Assembly: GCA_965214705.1 (NCBI GenBank)
Contig: OZ243972.1
Span: 1,344,001-1,408,000 of the forward strand
DNA length: 64,000 nt
DNA from: Alphaproteobacteria bacterium
Lineage (GTDB): Bacteria > Pseudomonadota > Alphaproteobacteria > UBA828
Direction: 5' to 3'
Shown here: piece after piece, positions 17,816 to 28,305 of the stretch
Layout: each line of letters begins with the position of its first letter
How positions within the stretch are numbered: the first letter of the stretch is position 1
Made by a program: the position numbers and the translations under genes
The notes under the pieces: generated by a model
Database searches by the model: none
What the model saw: the letters and a program-made list of their open reading frames with translations, nothing else
What the model was told of the DNA's origin: nothing

Positions 17816-20353
17816 ATGACCGAACCCGTCATCCGATCCATCCCGCTCCACCGCCTGGAGCCTTCGCCCGCCAACGTCCGCAAGACCGCGGCCGGCAACA
17901 ACGCCTTCGCCGAGCTCAAGGCCTCCATCGCCGCTCTCGACGTGCTCGAGAACCTGGTGGTCCGCGACGTCGGACCCGCCGAAGACCCCGGAACGGGTCC
18001 GGGGCAAGCTCTTGGCGAGCGCTTCGCCGTCATCGCCGGCGCCAGGCGCCTCGCCGCGCTCAACGAGCTCGCGCAAGAGGGCGTCATCGAGGCCAACCAC
18101 CCCGTCCCCTGCCGCATCGTCGCCAATGGCGCCGCCGACGGCGAGATCTCGCTGGCCGAGAACGTGGTCCGGGTCGCCATGCACCCGGCCGACCAGGTCC
18201 AGGCCTTCGGCGCGCTCGCGCTCGCCGGCGCGACTGTCGCCGACATCGCCGCCCGCTTCGGCGTCTCCGAGCGCACCGTCGAGCAGCGTCTCCGCCTCGG
18301 CCACACCGCGCCCGAGCTGCTGGATGCCTACCGGGAGAACGCCATCGACCTCGAGACGCTGAAGGCCTTCGCCGTGACCACCGACACCGCGCGCCAGATG
18401 GCGGTGTGGGAGCAGGTCAGGGACCAAGGCTACCGGCCCACCGGCTGGCAGATCAAGCGCATGCTCACCGACGACCGCATCCCCGCCGGCGCCGCGCTCG
18501 CCCGCTACGTCGGGGTGGACGCCTACGAGGCGGCGGGCGGACCGGTGCTGCGAGACCTCTTCGCCGACGAGCACGAGAACGGCGTCTGGCTGGAGGACCC
18601 GGCGCTCTTGATGCAGCTCGCCATGGACCGGCTCAAGGTGGCGGCGGACGAGCTCGCGACGCGGTGGAGGTGGGCCGAGGCCCGCCTCGACGTCGAGTGG
18701 TCCGACCTCGCCCGCTTCGGACGGGTGCGTCCCACTCCGGCCGAGCCCACCGACGAGGAGAAGGCGGAGATCGAGCGCCTGCATACCCGGCACGACGAGC
18801 TCGTCAACATGGACGAGGACGCGTGGACCGACGAGCTGATCGAGGAGGCCGAGGCGATCGAGCCGCGCCTCGCCGAGATCCAGGACGCCGTCAAGGCCCG
18901 CGCCGTCTTCAAGCCCGAGGACATCGCGATCGCGGGCTGCATCGTCACCGTCGGCGGCAACGGCGAGCTGCAGCTCGTCCAGGGGCTGGTGAAGCCCGAG
19001 GACATGCCGGCCGACGACACCGGCGGTGGCGACGCCGATGCCGCCGGCCAGATGCGGCACACCGGCGAGCAGCACGCTGGATCCGGCATCGCGGCGCCCG
19101 CCGTCTCCGGCCCGGCCATGCCGCCCGCGCGGCCCGACCCGGAAGCAGAGGCGCGCAAGGAGGCCGGTGTCGGCATCGGCCTCGCCGACGACCTCCGCGC
19201 CATCCGCACGGCGTTGGTCAAGACCCACCTCGCCGAGGACTTCGGGGCCGCCTTCGACCTCATGCTGTTCCAGATGGGGCGCGCGGTGTTCACCCCCGGC
19301 TATCACGACCATGCGCTCGACATCGCGGTGCGCGAGACCCGCGACCGCCCGCCGCTCCGCGTCAACGACGACGCCTTCGGCGACTGGAGCCCCGGCGAGG
19401 CCATGCTGGCCGACCGCTCGTCGCTCCCCTTCGACTGGCTGGAGATCGAAGACCGCCAGGAGTCATTCGCGGCGCTCCGGGCGCTCCCGGAGTTGGACAA
19501 GCGCCGCCTGTTCGCGGCCTGCGTCGCCCGCACGGTCAACGGCCAGCTCGCGTTCGAGGCGGACGCCCGGCCCGAGCTGGAAGCCACCGTCGCCCGCCTC
19601 GACATCGAGTTCGCGGCGCATGTCCGGCCCACCGCCGAGATGTTCTGGTCGCGCGTCCGCAAGGACAAGATGCTCGGCATCGCCCGCAAGGTCCTCGGCG
19701 TCGAGTGAACGCACGCCCACCGCAAGGACAAGAAGGCCACGCTGGCCACGGCGATGGAGACCGCGTTCGCCAAGGCCGATTCCCCTCCGCTCGGGGTCGC
19801 AAAGGAGGGCCACGCCGCCGCGCTCGCCTGGGCGCCGCCCGGCTTCGGAGCCTTCGACTCCGGCCACGTCGACGACGGCGAGACCGGCGAACCGGAAGCG
19901 CCACCTGCGGAGCTGCCCTCCCAGGACGCGGCGCCTTCGGACGAGGCTCAGTCCGGCGCCCGGCACGAGGACGCAGCGGAGCAGCCCGAACCCGCCGCCG
20001 ACGCCGAGGCTCCCGAGGACCGGGCGCCCGATGCGGGCGACGTGGACCAGTCCGCGCCGCCCAACGGGACCCCTGTGCCGGACACCGCCGGATCGCCCGG
20101 CGCCCCACACGGGGAAGCCATCGCCCCCACCAGCCACGAGGCGATCGACGCCATGAACGCCGTGCCCGTCGCGGGCGGCGGACCCAGGGTGATCGTGAAC
20201 ACCGTGGGCTTCGAGAACGGCGGCGACGGCGACGCCGATGCGTCCACCGAAGACGTCCCGCCCGCGCCGCCGGTCCCGGGCAACGGCCACGATACCGCCG
20301 GCGCAAGCGGCGGCGACGGACTCGAGATCCCCGCCTTCCTGCGCCGCACGTAG
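17816..20353 (+). pseudogene. ParB/RepB/Spo0J-family protein interrupted by in-frame TGA at 19706-19708
   Basis: ANVRKT, VIAGARRLAAL, SLAEN..R, HTH; ORF 19754-20353 is in the same frame with no further stop. Confidence 0.8.
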
Positions 20354-20477
20354 GCGCCGCGTCACTTCCCCGCGCCCCGCCGTTCGGCGGGCTTCGGGTC
20401 GGCGGCCTTCGGGTCAACGGCCCTTGGACTCGTCCGGCGGGGCGCCTTTCCATCCACCGCTTTCATGGGAGACCGCC

Positions 20478-22244
20478 ATGACCGATCCTTCCGATCTGCC
20501 CGCCACGATCCGGGCCCGCGTCCACGAGGGCGCCATCGACCGCGTCACGAGATTCTTCGATGCCGGGCTCGCCCAGGCGTTCACGGAGCTGATCCAGAAC
20601 TCGCGCCGCAGCGGCGCCACCCGCATCGCCGCCGTCACGGAGGTCGTCAGCCAGGACGAGCCTTCCTGCGCCATCCGCGTCACCGTCAGCGACGACGGCG
20701 ACGGCATCGCCGACCCCGCCGTCCTCCTCTCCTTCGGCGAGAGCGGCTGGGACGAAGACACGGCGGAGCGCGAGGACCCCGCCGGAATGGGGGTCTATGC
20801 GCTGTCGAAGCGCGGCTGCACGATCTCCTCGCGTGCGCGCGGGCCTCTGCTGGATCTCGCCCCCGGCTGGCGCGTCGCGCTCACCCCCGAGTGCTTCCTC
20901 GGCAAGGAGGAGGCCGCCGTGGTCGAGGGCCACGCTCCCTGGCCCCACGGCACGATCATCTCCTTCACGGCCCACGAGAGCCTCGCCACCATCGAGCGTG
21001 CTCTCGCGGACGCCGCCCGCTACTGTCCGTTGCCCGTCACCTTCAACGGGGAGGCCTGCAAGCGGAAGGCCTTCCTCGACGGCGCCGTCCATGCAGAGCG
21101 TTGGCGCGGCCTCGCCTTCGGCGTCTTCAGGAACAGGCTCGCCGGCTTCAACCAACCCGACCTCAACTTCCATGGCCTCACCCTCTCCGTGCGCCTGCCT
21201 TCGGTCGATCCGGTCGAGGGCGGCGCCTGGTCGGTGCGCGCCGACATCGAGGCCTGTCCCGAGCTGGAGCTGGTGCTCCCCGCCCGCCGCGAGGCGGTCG
21301 AAACCGAGTTCCTCAAGGAGATGCGCCACGCGGCGCGTCTCGCGATCTACCGCGCCATGGCCGCGGCCGATCCCGCGCCGCGCATCGCCTTCAAGGACCA
21401 CAAGAGAGCCGCGGACGCCGGCATCGCGCTCCCCGTGCCGCCGGCCGAGCTCCGCCCCTGGCGCCCCGGCATCGCCGACATCGACGACTGGCGCGACACC
21501 CCGTCCTATGCGCCCGTCGACAGCCGCACGCTGGTCATGGCTGTCGATCCGGAGACGCAAGATCAGCAGGCGTTCTGGCGCGCGGCGGACAGGGCGGGAA
21601 TCGTCGGCGCGGGATCCCTGTTCGAAGCCGACACGCGCTTCGAGGGATATGCCTGGTACGACGCGCTCGCACGGGTGACCGAGATCCGCATCGAGGTCAC
21701 GGAGGCCGGCGTGACGCACGCCCTCGATGTGCTGCGCGAGGCCCCCGACCCTGTGACCGGCGTGTCCACCGCGCCGGGCCTGCCGGATACGCTCGCCCGG
21801 CCCGACGAGATCCACATGCACCTTCGCATCGAGCGGGGCGACGGGCCGCCCGAGACCATGACCGTCCCTGCCGACGTCGCCTTCGTCGGCGAGGACGGGG
21901 CCTGGATCGAGGACGCCCGCCCGCTGGTGACCAGGGACAGCAAGCTCACGCCGATGCAGCTCACGCGGCTGCTTCACGCGAGCTATTTCTCGGCCTCCGA
22001 CGACGCCGACGCCGACAGCTACGACACCCAGTCCGCCCGCTTCGACCAGGACGCCACGCACATGGCGATCAAGCTGCTCGCCACGGAGGACGAGGCCCGC
22101 AAGCACACTATCGCGGAGGCCGTCTGGCGCGAAATCCTCTGGGTGATGCCGCGCGACCGCGAAGTCTCCATCAAGGTGCACGGCGGCAAGGTCGCGGTGG
22201 AGTTCGGGCCCGAAAACCCCGCGCCGCAGGAGGCCGCGGCATGA
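20478..22244 (+). CDS. GHKL (HATPase_c) ATP-binding protein
   Basis: ELIQNSRRSGA, VSDDGDGI, DPAGMG boxes; GGAG RBS. Confidence 0.85.
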   Translation: MTDPSDLPATIRARVHEGAIDRVTRFFDAGLAQAFTELIQNSRRSGATRIAAVTEVVSQDEPSCAIRVTVSDDGDGIADPAVLLSFGESGWDEDTAEREDPAGMGVYALSKRGCTISSRARGPLLDLAPGWRVALTPECFLGKEEAAVVEGHAPWPHGTIISFTAHESLATIERALADAARYCPLPVTFNGEACKRKAFLDGAVHAERWRGLAFGVFRNRLAGFNQPDLNFHGLTLSVRLPSVDPVEGGAWSVRADIEACPELELVLPARREAVETEFLKEMRHAARLAIYRAMAAADPAPRIAFKDHKRAADAGIALPVPPAELRPWRPGIADIDDWRDTPSYAPVDSRTLVMAVDPETQDQQAFWRAADRAGIVGAGSLFEADTRFEGYAWYDALARVTEIRIEVTEAGVTHALDVLREAPDPVTGVSTAPGLPDTLARPDEIHMHLRIERGDGPPETMTVPADVAFVGEDGAWIEDARPLVTRDSKLTPMQLTRLLHASYFSASDDADADSYDTQSARFDQDATHMAIKLLATEDEARKHTIAEAVWREILWVMPRDREVSIKVHGGKVAVEFGPENPAPQEAAA

Positions 22245-22738
22245 CGTGGTATTCGGTGCAGGCAGGCTACGCCGCTTACTACGGCAACACGGTCTCGGTC
22301 GAGGCCGAGACCCTCGAAGAGGCGCTGGAGAAGGCCATCGAGGCCGCCAACGACGACCCCAACTGGAAGTCGCTGGACCATTGCGGCCCGACTCACGTCG
22401 ATGCGTGCTGCATGGGCCGGGACGAGGGTCCGTGGGAGGACGGCAAGTCGCTGCCCGTGCCGGCCAGGTTCACGGAGCGCGGAGAGCCGCCCGTCGTCAC
22501 CTTGACCGGTCCCCACCCGCCCGGCGGCGTGGAGGTCACGGGCGGCACGGTCCAATTGCGCATCGTCGACCGCGCCGCGACCGTCACCACGGAGGTTTCC
22601 GATCCGCCGCCGCCGCCCGGCAGCAAGCCGGTGGTGACGGTCCGGCCCCGCCCCGATCGCGCCCCTGAGGTCGAAGTGACCCGCGGCAAGGCCATCGTAA
22701 GGATCGCGGGTTGGGAAGGAGGCGACCATGCCCAATGA
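22241..22738 (+). CDS. Hypothetical protein
   Basis: ATGA coupling, AGGAGG RBS, VEAETLEEALEKA. Confidence 0.7.
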   Translation: MTWYSVQAGYAAYYGNTVSVEAETLEEALEKAIEAANDDPNWKSLDHCGPTHVDACCMGRDEGPWEDGKSLPVPARFTERGEPPVVTLTGPHPPGGVEVTGGTVQLRIVDRAATVTTEVSDPPPPPGSKPVVTVRPRPDRAPEVEVTRGKAIVRIAGWEGGDHAQ

Positions 22739-23147
22739 ACCCGGCAACGCTGCCGCATTCGGCCCCGCGATCTCCACATACTCGCGCGCCCAGGCGATCG
22801 AGGACGGCATCCTCGTCGACGTCTCCGACACCGCGCGCGAAGCGGGCTTCAACATCCCCGTCGCGATCACGCGCACCGTCTGGAACCGCCTGATCGCCCT
22901 GCCCCAGCGCTACCGCGGCTTCCAGGACGAGCGCGGGCGCCTGTGGGACATGCTCTGGATGGCGCGCCACTACGCGCTCCGCGCCTCCGACCGCGACCGC
23001 GTGACCATGTGCGTGCTGGTGCGCGACATCCGCAAGGACCTCCGCGACAGCAACCGGCCGCCCCGCAAGCACTTCCCCATCGTGGCGATCGGCGCCGGCG
23101 ACGAGGGTCAGGCCGCAATCACCATCATGTTTCCCGAGGACGACTGA
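22728..23147 (+). CDS. DUF6573-like protein
   Basis: YSRAQAIEDGILVDVS...QDERGRLWDML...ITIMFPED. Confidence 0.75.
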   Translation: MPNEPGNAAAFGPAISTYSRAQAIEDGILVDVSDTAREAGFNIPVAITRTVWNRLIALPQRYRGFQDERGRLWDMLWMARHYALRASDRDRVTMCVLVRDIRKDLRDSNRPPRKHFPIVAIGAGDEGQAAITIMFPEDD

Positions 23148-23324
23148 GCGCGCCTTCGCCACACCGGTCTCTCCGGCGCCGCCAGCAGCAGGGCCGGGCG
23201 TCGGTCGGGCGAGCGGCGCGGAACCTGGAGGACTCCGGCGCCGCCTCCCGCTCTCCTTCGGCGCCCCGCCGCGGTCTCTCCTCCCGTGGCGGGGCGTTTC
23301 CATTCCCCGCCATGGAGCCGTGCC

Positions 23325-23669
23325 ATGTCCCATTCGAGCGCCGCCCTCGCGATCCCCGACCTGCCGCCCGCGCCGCCCCCGGACCTGCACCCGATGGACC
23401 CGCGCCGGGGCGAGAGCCTCTCGCCCATGTTCGCGGCATTCCTGTGCTGGCTGTTGGTCCTGGAACCGATGACCGACCCGGCGATCACCGGCATCGCCGT
23501 CTCCGGCCGCTCGGTCCTCGCGGCCACGTCCGACGATCCGCTGTTCAACGCCCACATCGGCGCGCTGGAGGAATTCGAGCGCAACCTGCGCGGATGGGGC
23601 GAGGCCTGCGGGGCCGACCCGCACACGGTCGACGCGCTGGTGGCCAGGCTCCGGAGGGCCGGGCGATGA
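23325..23669 (+). CDS. Hypothetical protein
   Basis: GGAG RBS, GC3 bias, coupled to radC. Confidence 0.55.
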   Translation: MSHSSAALAIPDLPPAPPPDLHPMDPRRGESLSPMFAAFLCWLLVLEPMTDPAITGIAVSGRSVLAATSDDPLFNAHIGALEEFERNLRGWGEACGADPHTVDALVARLRRAGR

Positions 23670-24330
23670 CCTTCTCCGACGCTACTGCCCCCGGCCTGCG
23701 CGACGTGGCGCCGTTCCCTGCGCCCGCGGCGCAGCACCCCGCCGCCGACACCGCTCTCGACGGCCTGCGCGCCCGCCTTCTCCGCGCCGGGCGCGAGGCC
23801 GTCGACGACCGCGAGCTTCTGCAGCTCCTCCTGGCCGGGTCCCACTCCACCGCCGAAGCCACGCAGCTCGCAACGGTCCTGCTCGACACCTTCGGCTCGC
23901 CCGCCCGCGTCCTCGCCGCCCGCCCCGACACGCTGCGCGCAGTCACCGGGCTGGGTGAGGCCGGCGTCGCCGCCATCAAGACCGCAGAGGCGCTCGGCAT
24001 CGCGATGGCGAAGGCCGCGCTGCCCGAGACCTTCCATCCGCAGCTCGCGACCTACGAAAAGGTGGTCGAATACTGCCGGTCGCTGACGGCGCACCGCGAC
24101 GTCGAGGAGTTCCGCGCGCTGTACCTCGACACCAAGAACCGACTGATCCGCGATGAGTGCCTCCAGACCGGCACGGTCAACCACACCCCGGTCTATCCCC
24201 GGCAGGTCTGCGTCCGCACGCTGGAAGTGGCCGCAGCCGCAGTCGTCGTCTTGCATAATCACCCCTCGAACGACCCCACTCCGTCGAGGGCGGACGTCGA
24301 GATGACCGCCCGCCTGCGCGACGCCCTCAA

Positions 24331-26490
24331 CCCAAGTTGGCACTTTTCCGCTGCCTGTGTTCCCTATTGGTTTGATTCAACGCGATATTTTTCTCGGTCG
24401 ATTCCAACATGGCCCCACATTTTGTGAGATTCTGTCAGCTCATCAGACGGGTCCTCGTGCGGTGGATGGCGGGGTCCACGCCCGCCGCCGAGGAGATTGC
24501 GGCAACCTCGGCGGCCGGGCGCGTGTCCTGGCGGTTGACGATCAAGGTGCCGTCGGTCTGGCGCAGGCGCGTGGTGATCCGCACCCAGGTCCGCATGCTC
24601 TCGCGGATCGACGCCCAGCACTTGTGGATGCCGCGCGCGGCCAGCCGGGTACGGATCAGATGCACGGCGTGGTAGGCCAGCACGGCGATCAGCAGGTGGG
24701 CCGCGATGCGCCGGTCGAGCTGGTGCCAGATCGGGCGAAGGCCGAGCTCGGATTTCAGGCTCCGGAATGTCGCCTCGATATCCGTGATCCGCCAGTACGT
24801 CCGCAGGACCGTCTCGATGTCCCAGTCGACGTGGCTGGTGCGCAGCACATAGGCACCGGCGCCCTCATCGGCCTCGTCGTATCGCGGCCTGCGCTTGAAG
24901 CGCACGGCGGTGGCATTGGGGCCGGTTTTCGCCCTCTCGACCGTGATCTCGTAGTGCCTGGCGACGGCGGAGAAGCGCTGCTTGAGGCGGCCTATGCTCT
25001 CCAGCACCTTGTCGTAGCGCTTGAGGCGGCCCTTGACCGCAAGGCCGCCGTGGAGCCTTTCCAGCGCCGCCTCGAAGCGGTTCCGCCTCAGGCCGATGAT
25101 CGCGTTCTCGGCCTTCTTCTTGCCCTCGCTGACGACGTAGAGCCGCGCCTCGCCGTCCTCGCTGGCAAGCCGCCAGGCCCGCACCTCGTGGCGCGCGCTG
25201 GTGATCAGCAGGGCCTCGGGTCCGCCCTCGGGCGGCGCAGGCCTGGCACCGCGGCTGACCGCGATCCAGTCGTAGCCCTGCTCGCCCAGCCAGACGATGT
25301 TCTCCTCGGTGGCGATGCCCGCGTCCATGACCACCGTGGGCTTCGGCGCCGTGCCGCCGCACACCGCCTCGAGCCGCGCCAGCGCCTCGTGCAGCGTGCC
25401 CGGCTCGCTCACGTTGCCCGGCAGGATCTCGCAACTGCGCGGGAAGCCCGCGCCGTCGAGCGCCAGCGCCAGCGTGATGAGGGGACAGTCGTCGCGCTTC
25501 TGCTTGGAGCGCCCGAACCTGGGAAGCTCGCCGCCCGTGTGGCCGTGGTAGTGGACGTTGGTGAGATCGTAGAAGGCGATCGTCTCGGGCAGGTCGAGCA
25601 GTGCGCGCTCACGGTTGAACAGCTCCCGCTGGATGGCGGCGCGGTGGCGCCAGAGCAGGTCGCCGATGCGGTAGAGCGTCTTGCGCCGCAGCGCCTTGCG
25701 GTCGCCCTCCAGGCCCAGGAGCTCGGCGGCCGCGCTGTCGTGGCGGAGCCAGCGGCTGGTATCACGCTCGCTGGCGGGATGGACCATCCTGGCGACGATC
25801 AGCGCGCTGGCGATGCGCCCGTCGCGGCCCTTGATGTCGAGGCCGTGGAGGATTTCGGCGAAGCCGAGGGCGTCGAGGGCCTTGAGGCACAGGCGCTCGC
25901 AGCCGACCGTGCGCGGGTTCTCGTGCTCCAGGGTATCGAGGTCGACGGTGGCGATGTCGGGCTTGCGCGCCTCTTCCTGCATCGCCTCGACGCGGAACCC
26001 CCTGGCCCTGAGCTTGGCGACGATGTCCTCGGCTGCGGCCCGCACATCCGCCTCGCCCTCGAACAGCGGCGGCTTGCCGTGAAGCAGCGCCTCGGCGAGT
26101 TCGGTGACGGCCTTCCACTTCTCGCGCGGCACCGGATAGTCGGTGCCGAGATTGAGCAGCGTCCTGTGGCGCACCTTGTCGCCGACGCGCTGGGCGAGCA
26201 CGAGGCGATGGCTTCGGACCGGCTGGCCGGCCTTGTCGGTGTGTGTCCTGGTTGCCTTGATGTACATGGCGGCGCCGTTTCTGCGATGCCTGTTTCGCAT
26301 ACACGGCGTTCGCGGCATCTGGCAAGAGGGATATCGACTCAACTCCAAAGTCCTGGCCCCACAATTGGCTTCCAGGACCACGAATGGCAAATGTGGGTCT
26401 CAGGTGTCCTCCAACCCCAACATCTAGTGGTTCAGCGCCGCAAAACTAGCTCGAACAGGCTCGGCTGGTCGGAAAAAGTGCCAACTTGGG
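24331..26490 (-). mobile_element. IS1634-family insertion sequence
   Basis: 17-bp perfect terminal IR CCCAAGTTGGCACTTTT; 4-bp target duplication TCAA (24327-30, 26491-94). Confidence 0.92.
24435..26267 (-). CDS. IS1634-family DDE transposase
   Basis: FYDLTNVHYHG, FGRSKQKRDD, VVMDAG, IEATFRSLKSELGLRPIWH. Confidence 0.9.
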   Translation of the reverse strand: MYIKATRTHTDKAGQPVRSHRLVLAQRVGDKVRHRTLLNLGTDYPVPREKWKAVTELAEALLHGKPPLFEGEADVRAAAEDIVAKLRARGFRVEAMQEEARKPDIATVDLDTLEHENPRTVGCERLCLKALDALGFAEILHGLDIKGRDGRIASALIVARMVHPASERDTSRWLRHDSAAAELLGLEGDRKALRRKTLYRIGDLLWRHRAAIQRELFNRERALLDLPETIAFYDLTNVHYHGHTGGELPRFGRSKQKRDDCPLITLALALDGAGFPRSCEILPGNVSEPGTLHEALARLEAVCGGTAPKPTVVMDAGIATEENIVWLGEQGYDWIAVSRGARPAPPEGGPEALLITSARHEVRAWRLASEDGEARLYVVSEGKKKAENAIIGLRRNRFEAALERLHGGLAVKGRLKRYDKVLESIGRLKQRFSAVARHYEITVERAKTGPNATAVRFKRRPRYDEADEGAGAYVLRTSHVDWDIETVLRTYWRITDIEATFRSLKSELGLRPIWHQLDRRIAAHLLIAVLAYHAVHLIRTRLAARGIHKCWASIRESMRTWVRITTRLRQTDGTLIVNRQDTRPAAEVAAISSAAGVDPAIHRTRTRLMS

Positions 26491-26547
26491 TCAAGACGAT
26501 CGACGTCGATCTCCACGACCACATCGTCGTGACGCCGGGCGGCGCGT

Positions 26548-26844
26548 TCAGCTTCCGCGAGAAGGGTCTCCTTTGACCTCCCGCGCTGCATCGCGGTCCT
26601 CGCCGCGCTTTCGCAACGCCCCGTAGGGATCGGGCGTGCCGTGACCCGGCGGCGGCGCCTTGCCGAAGCACCGCATCCCGCAGAGCTCCAGGTGTTCCAC
26701 GACTCTCTGCGCCACCGGCCGGAGCCGGTCGTGATCGCCGGGCACGCGTTTCCTCGGCCAGAAGCGCTCCGCCTTGAGCAGCGCCATCTCGACGGTGAAC
26801 AGCAGGTCGCCCCGCGAGACCGGGCGGTCGTAATCCTCGTCCAT
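26548..26844 (-). CDS. Small hypothetical protein divergent from SRAP
   Basis: Protein-like frame MDEDYDRPVSRGDLLFTVEMAL; shares the SOS-box intergenic region. Confidence 0.5.
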   Translation of the reverse strand: MDEDYDRPVSRGDLLFTVEMALLKAERFWPRKRVPGDHDRLRPVAQRVVEHLELCGMRCFGKAPPPGHGTPDPYGALRKRGEDRDAAREVKGDPSRGS

Positions 26845-26863
26845 CCGGCGGACACTGCCACAG

Positions 26864-26878
26864 GAACATTGCGAGAAC
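26864..26878. promoter_or_regulatory. Alphaproteobacterial-type LexA box GAAC-N7-GAAC
   Basis: GAACattgcgaGAAC, 40 bp upstream of the SRAP gene. Confidence 0.7.
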
Positions 26879-26918
26879 AACATGACAGCCCGCCGCCGCT
26901 GCGGGTAGGTTCGCGAAC

Positions 26919-27611
26919 ATGTGCGGCCGCTTCACCCAACGCATGTCATGGCGGGAGCTGCACGAGCGGATGGACCTCATCGGCACGCCGCTCAACCTGC
27001 GGCCCCGCTACAACGTCGCGCCGGGCCAGGACGTCTCCGTCGTGCGCGCCGCCGAGGGCGGGCGCAGCCTCGCCATGCTGCGTTGGGGGCTGATTCCGGC
27101 CTGGGCGAAGGATCCCGCTATCGCCTGGAAGCTGATCAACGCCCGGTCCGAGACGGCGGCGCAGAAACCCTCCTTCCGCGCAGCCTACCGCCATCGCCGC
27201 TGCCTGATCCCGGCCGACGGGTTCTATGAGTGGCGGCGCGAAGGCAAGCCCCGCCAGCCCTGGCTGTTCGGGCTCACGGACGGCGCGCCCTTCGCCTTCG
27301 CCGGCCTGTGGGAACGCTGGACGGTGCCGGCGGGTGCGGCGCTTACGGGCTCGCTCGCGGAGCGCAGTCAGGGCGACGCGGTCGAGACCTGCACCATCCT
27401 CACCACCGCCGCCAACGAGACGGTGGCGCCTGTGCACGGCCGTATGCCGGTCATCCTGCCGCGCGATGCTTACGACCCCTGGCTCGCGGGGGAGGACGTG
27501 CCGCTCCCACCCTTCCCGGCGAACGACATGACCGCTTGGCCGGTGAGCATGCTGGTCAACCGGCCGGCCAACGACGACCCCCGCTGCGTCGAGCCCGTCG
27601 CTCCGGCCTGA
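26919..27611 (+). CDS. SOS response-associated peptidase (SRAP/HMCES family)
   Basis: MCGRF N-terminus, RYNVAP, INARSET, RCLIPADGFYEW, HGRMPVIL. Confidence 0.95.
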   Translation: MCGRFTQRMSWRELHERMDLIGTPLNLRPRYNVAPGQDVSVVRAAEGGRSLAMLRWGLIPAWAKDPAIAWKLINARSETAAQKPSFRAAYRHRRCLIPADGFYEWRREGKPRQPWLFGLTDGAPFAFAGLWERWTVPAGAALTGSLAERSQGDAVETCTILTTAANETVAPVHGRMPVILPRDAYDPWLAGEDVPLPPFPANDMTAWPVSMLVNRPANDDPRCVEPVAPA

Positions 27612-27769
27612 TCCCCGGCCGCCCGGCGGCCTGACCGCTTCCCTCCCCACGTCTCCGCGCCCCTCGCCGGCGAGAGTCCGGCCAGCCGGCGCCGGGTGGG
27701 CCGCCGGTGCCGGCGCGGGACGATCCGCCGCAAGCCGGACGCCCACGCCCTTCCAGCCCGGAGGCCGCC

Positions 27770-28303
27770 ATGCTGCACAGGATCACCGGCCGCGCCGTCA
27801 AATGCGGCCCCGCCGCGATTTCCGCGATCGCCGGCGTGCCCACGCATGAGGCTGCCGCCGTCATCCGCCGACTGTTCGACCGTCCCGCGGTCAACGGCGT
27901 CTTCATCGACGAGCTCGCGGCGGCACTTCACGAGTTCGGCTGGACGCCCGAATGTGCGATCCGCCACCCCAACTATCGCGACCGCCGTTTCGCCCGCCGT
28001 GCGTGCGAATGGGAGCGCCTCTTCGCCGGCGTCCCCTCCCGCGTCCGCGCCGTGACCCTCGGCACCTTCCTCGACGCCGCGCCCGCCGGGACGTGGGCGG
28101 TTTCGGCGAGCAATCATTTCGTCGCCTGTGCGGGCGGCTTCGTCGCGGATTCCGGCGCCTGGTTCTCGCGCAAACCCGCCCTCCGGTCCCGCGCCGAGAA
28201 CGGCCACGGCCGCGTCGCGCTCAGGCGCGTCCGGGAAGCCGTCCGGTTCGTCCGCGTTTCCCCCGAGAACGCCCGGCGCGGCCCAGACACGGAGGAGTGC
28301 TGA
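27770..28303 (+). CDS. Hypothetical protein, possible papain-like fold
   Basis: CGPAAISAIAG and NHFVA (Cys...His); GGAGG RBS. Confidence 0.55.
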   Translation: MLHRITGRAVKCGPAAISAIAGVPTHEAAAVIRRLFDRPAVNGVFIDELAAALHEFGWTPECAIRHPNYRDRRFARRACEWERLFAGVPSRVRAVTLGTFLDAAPAGTWAVSASNHFVACAGGFVADSGAWFSRKPALRSRAENGHGRVALRRVREAVRFVRVSPENARRGPDTEEC

Positions 28304-28305
28304 CC

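Larger units (their letters stand above)
23666..26576 (+). pseudogene. radC: RadC/JAB-domain gene split by an IS1634-family element
   Basis: HNHPSNDPTPSRAD before the IS and LHDHIVV..FREKGLL after it; removing the IS and one TCAA restores DALKTIDV in frame. Confidence 0.92.
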
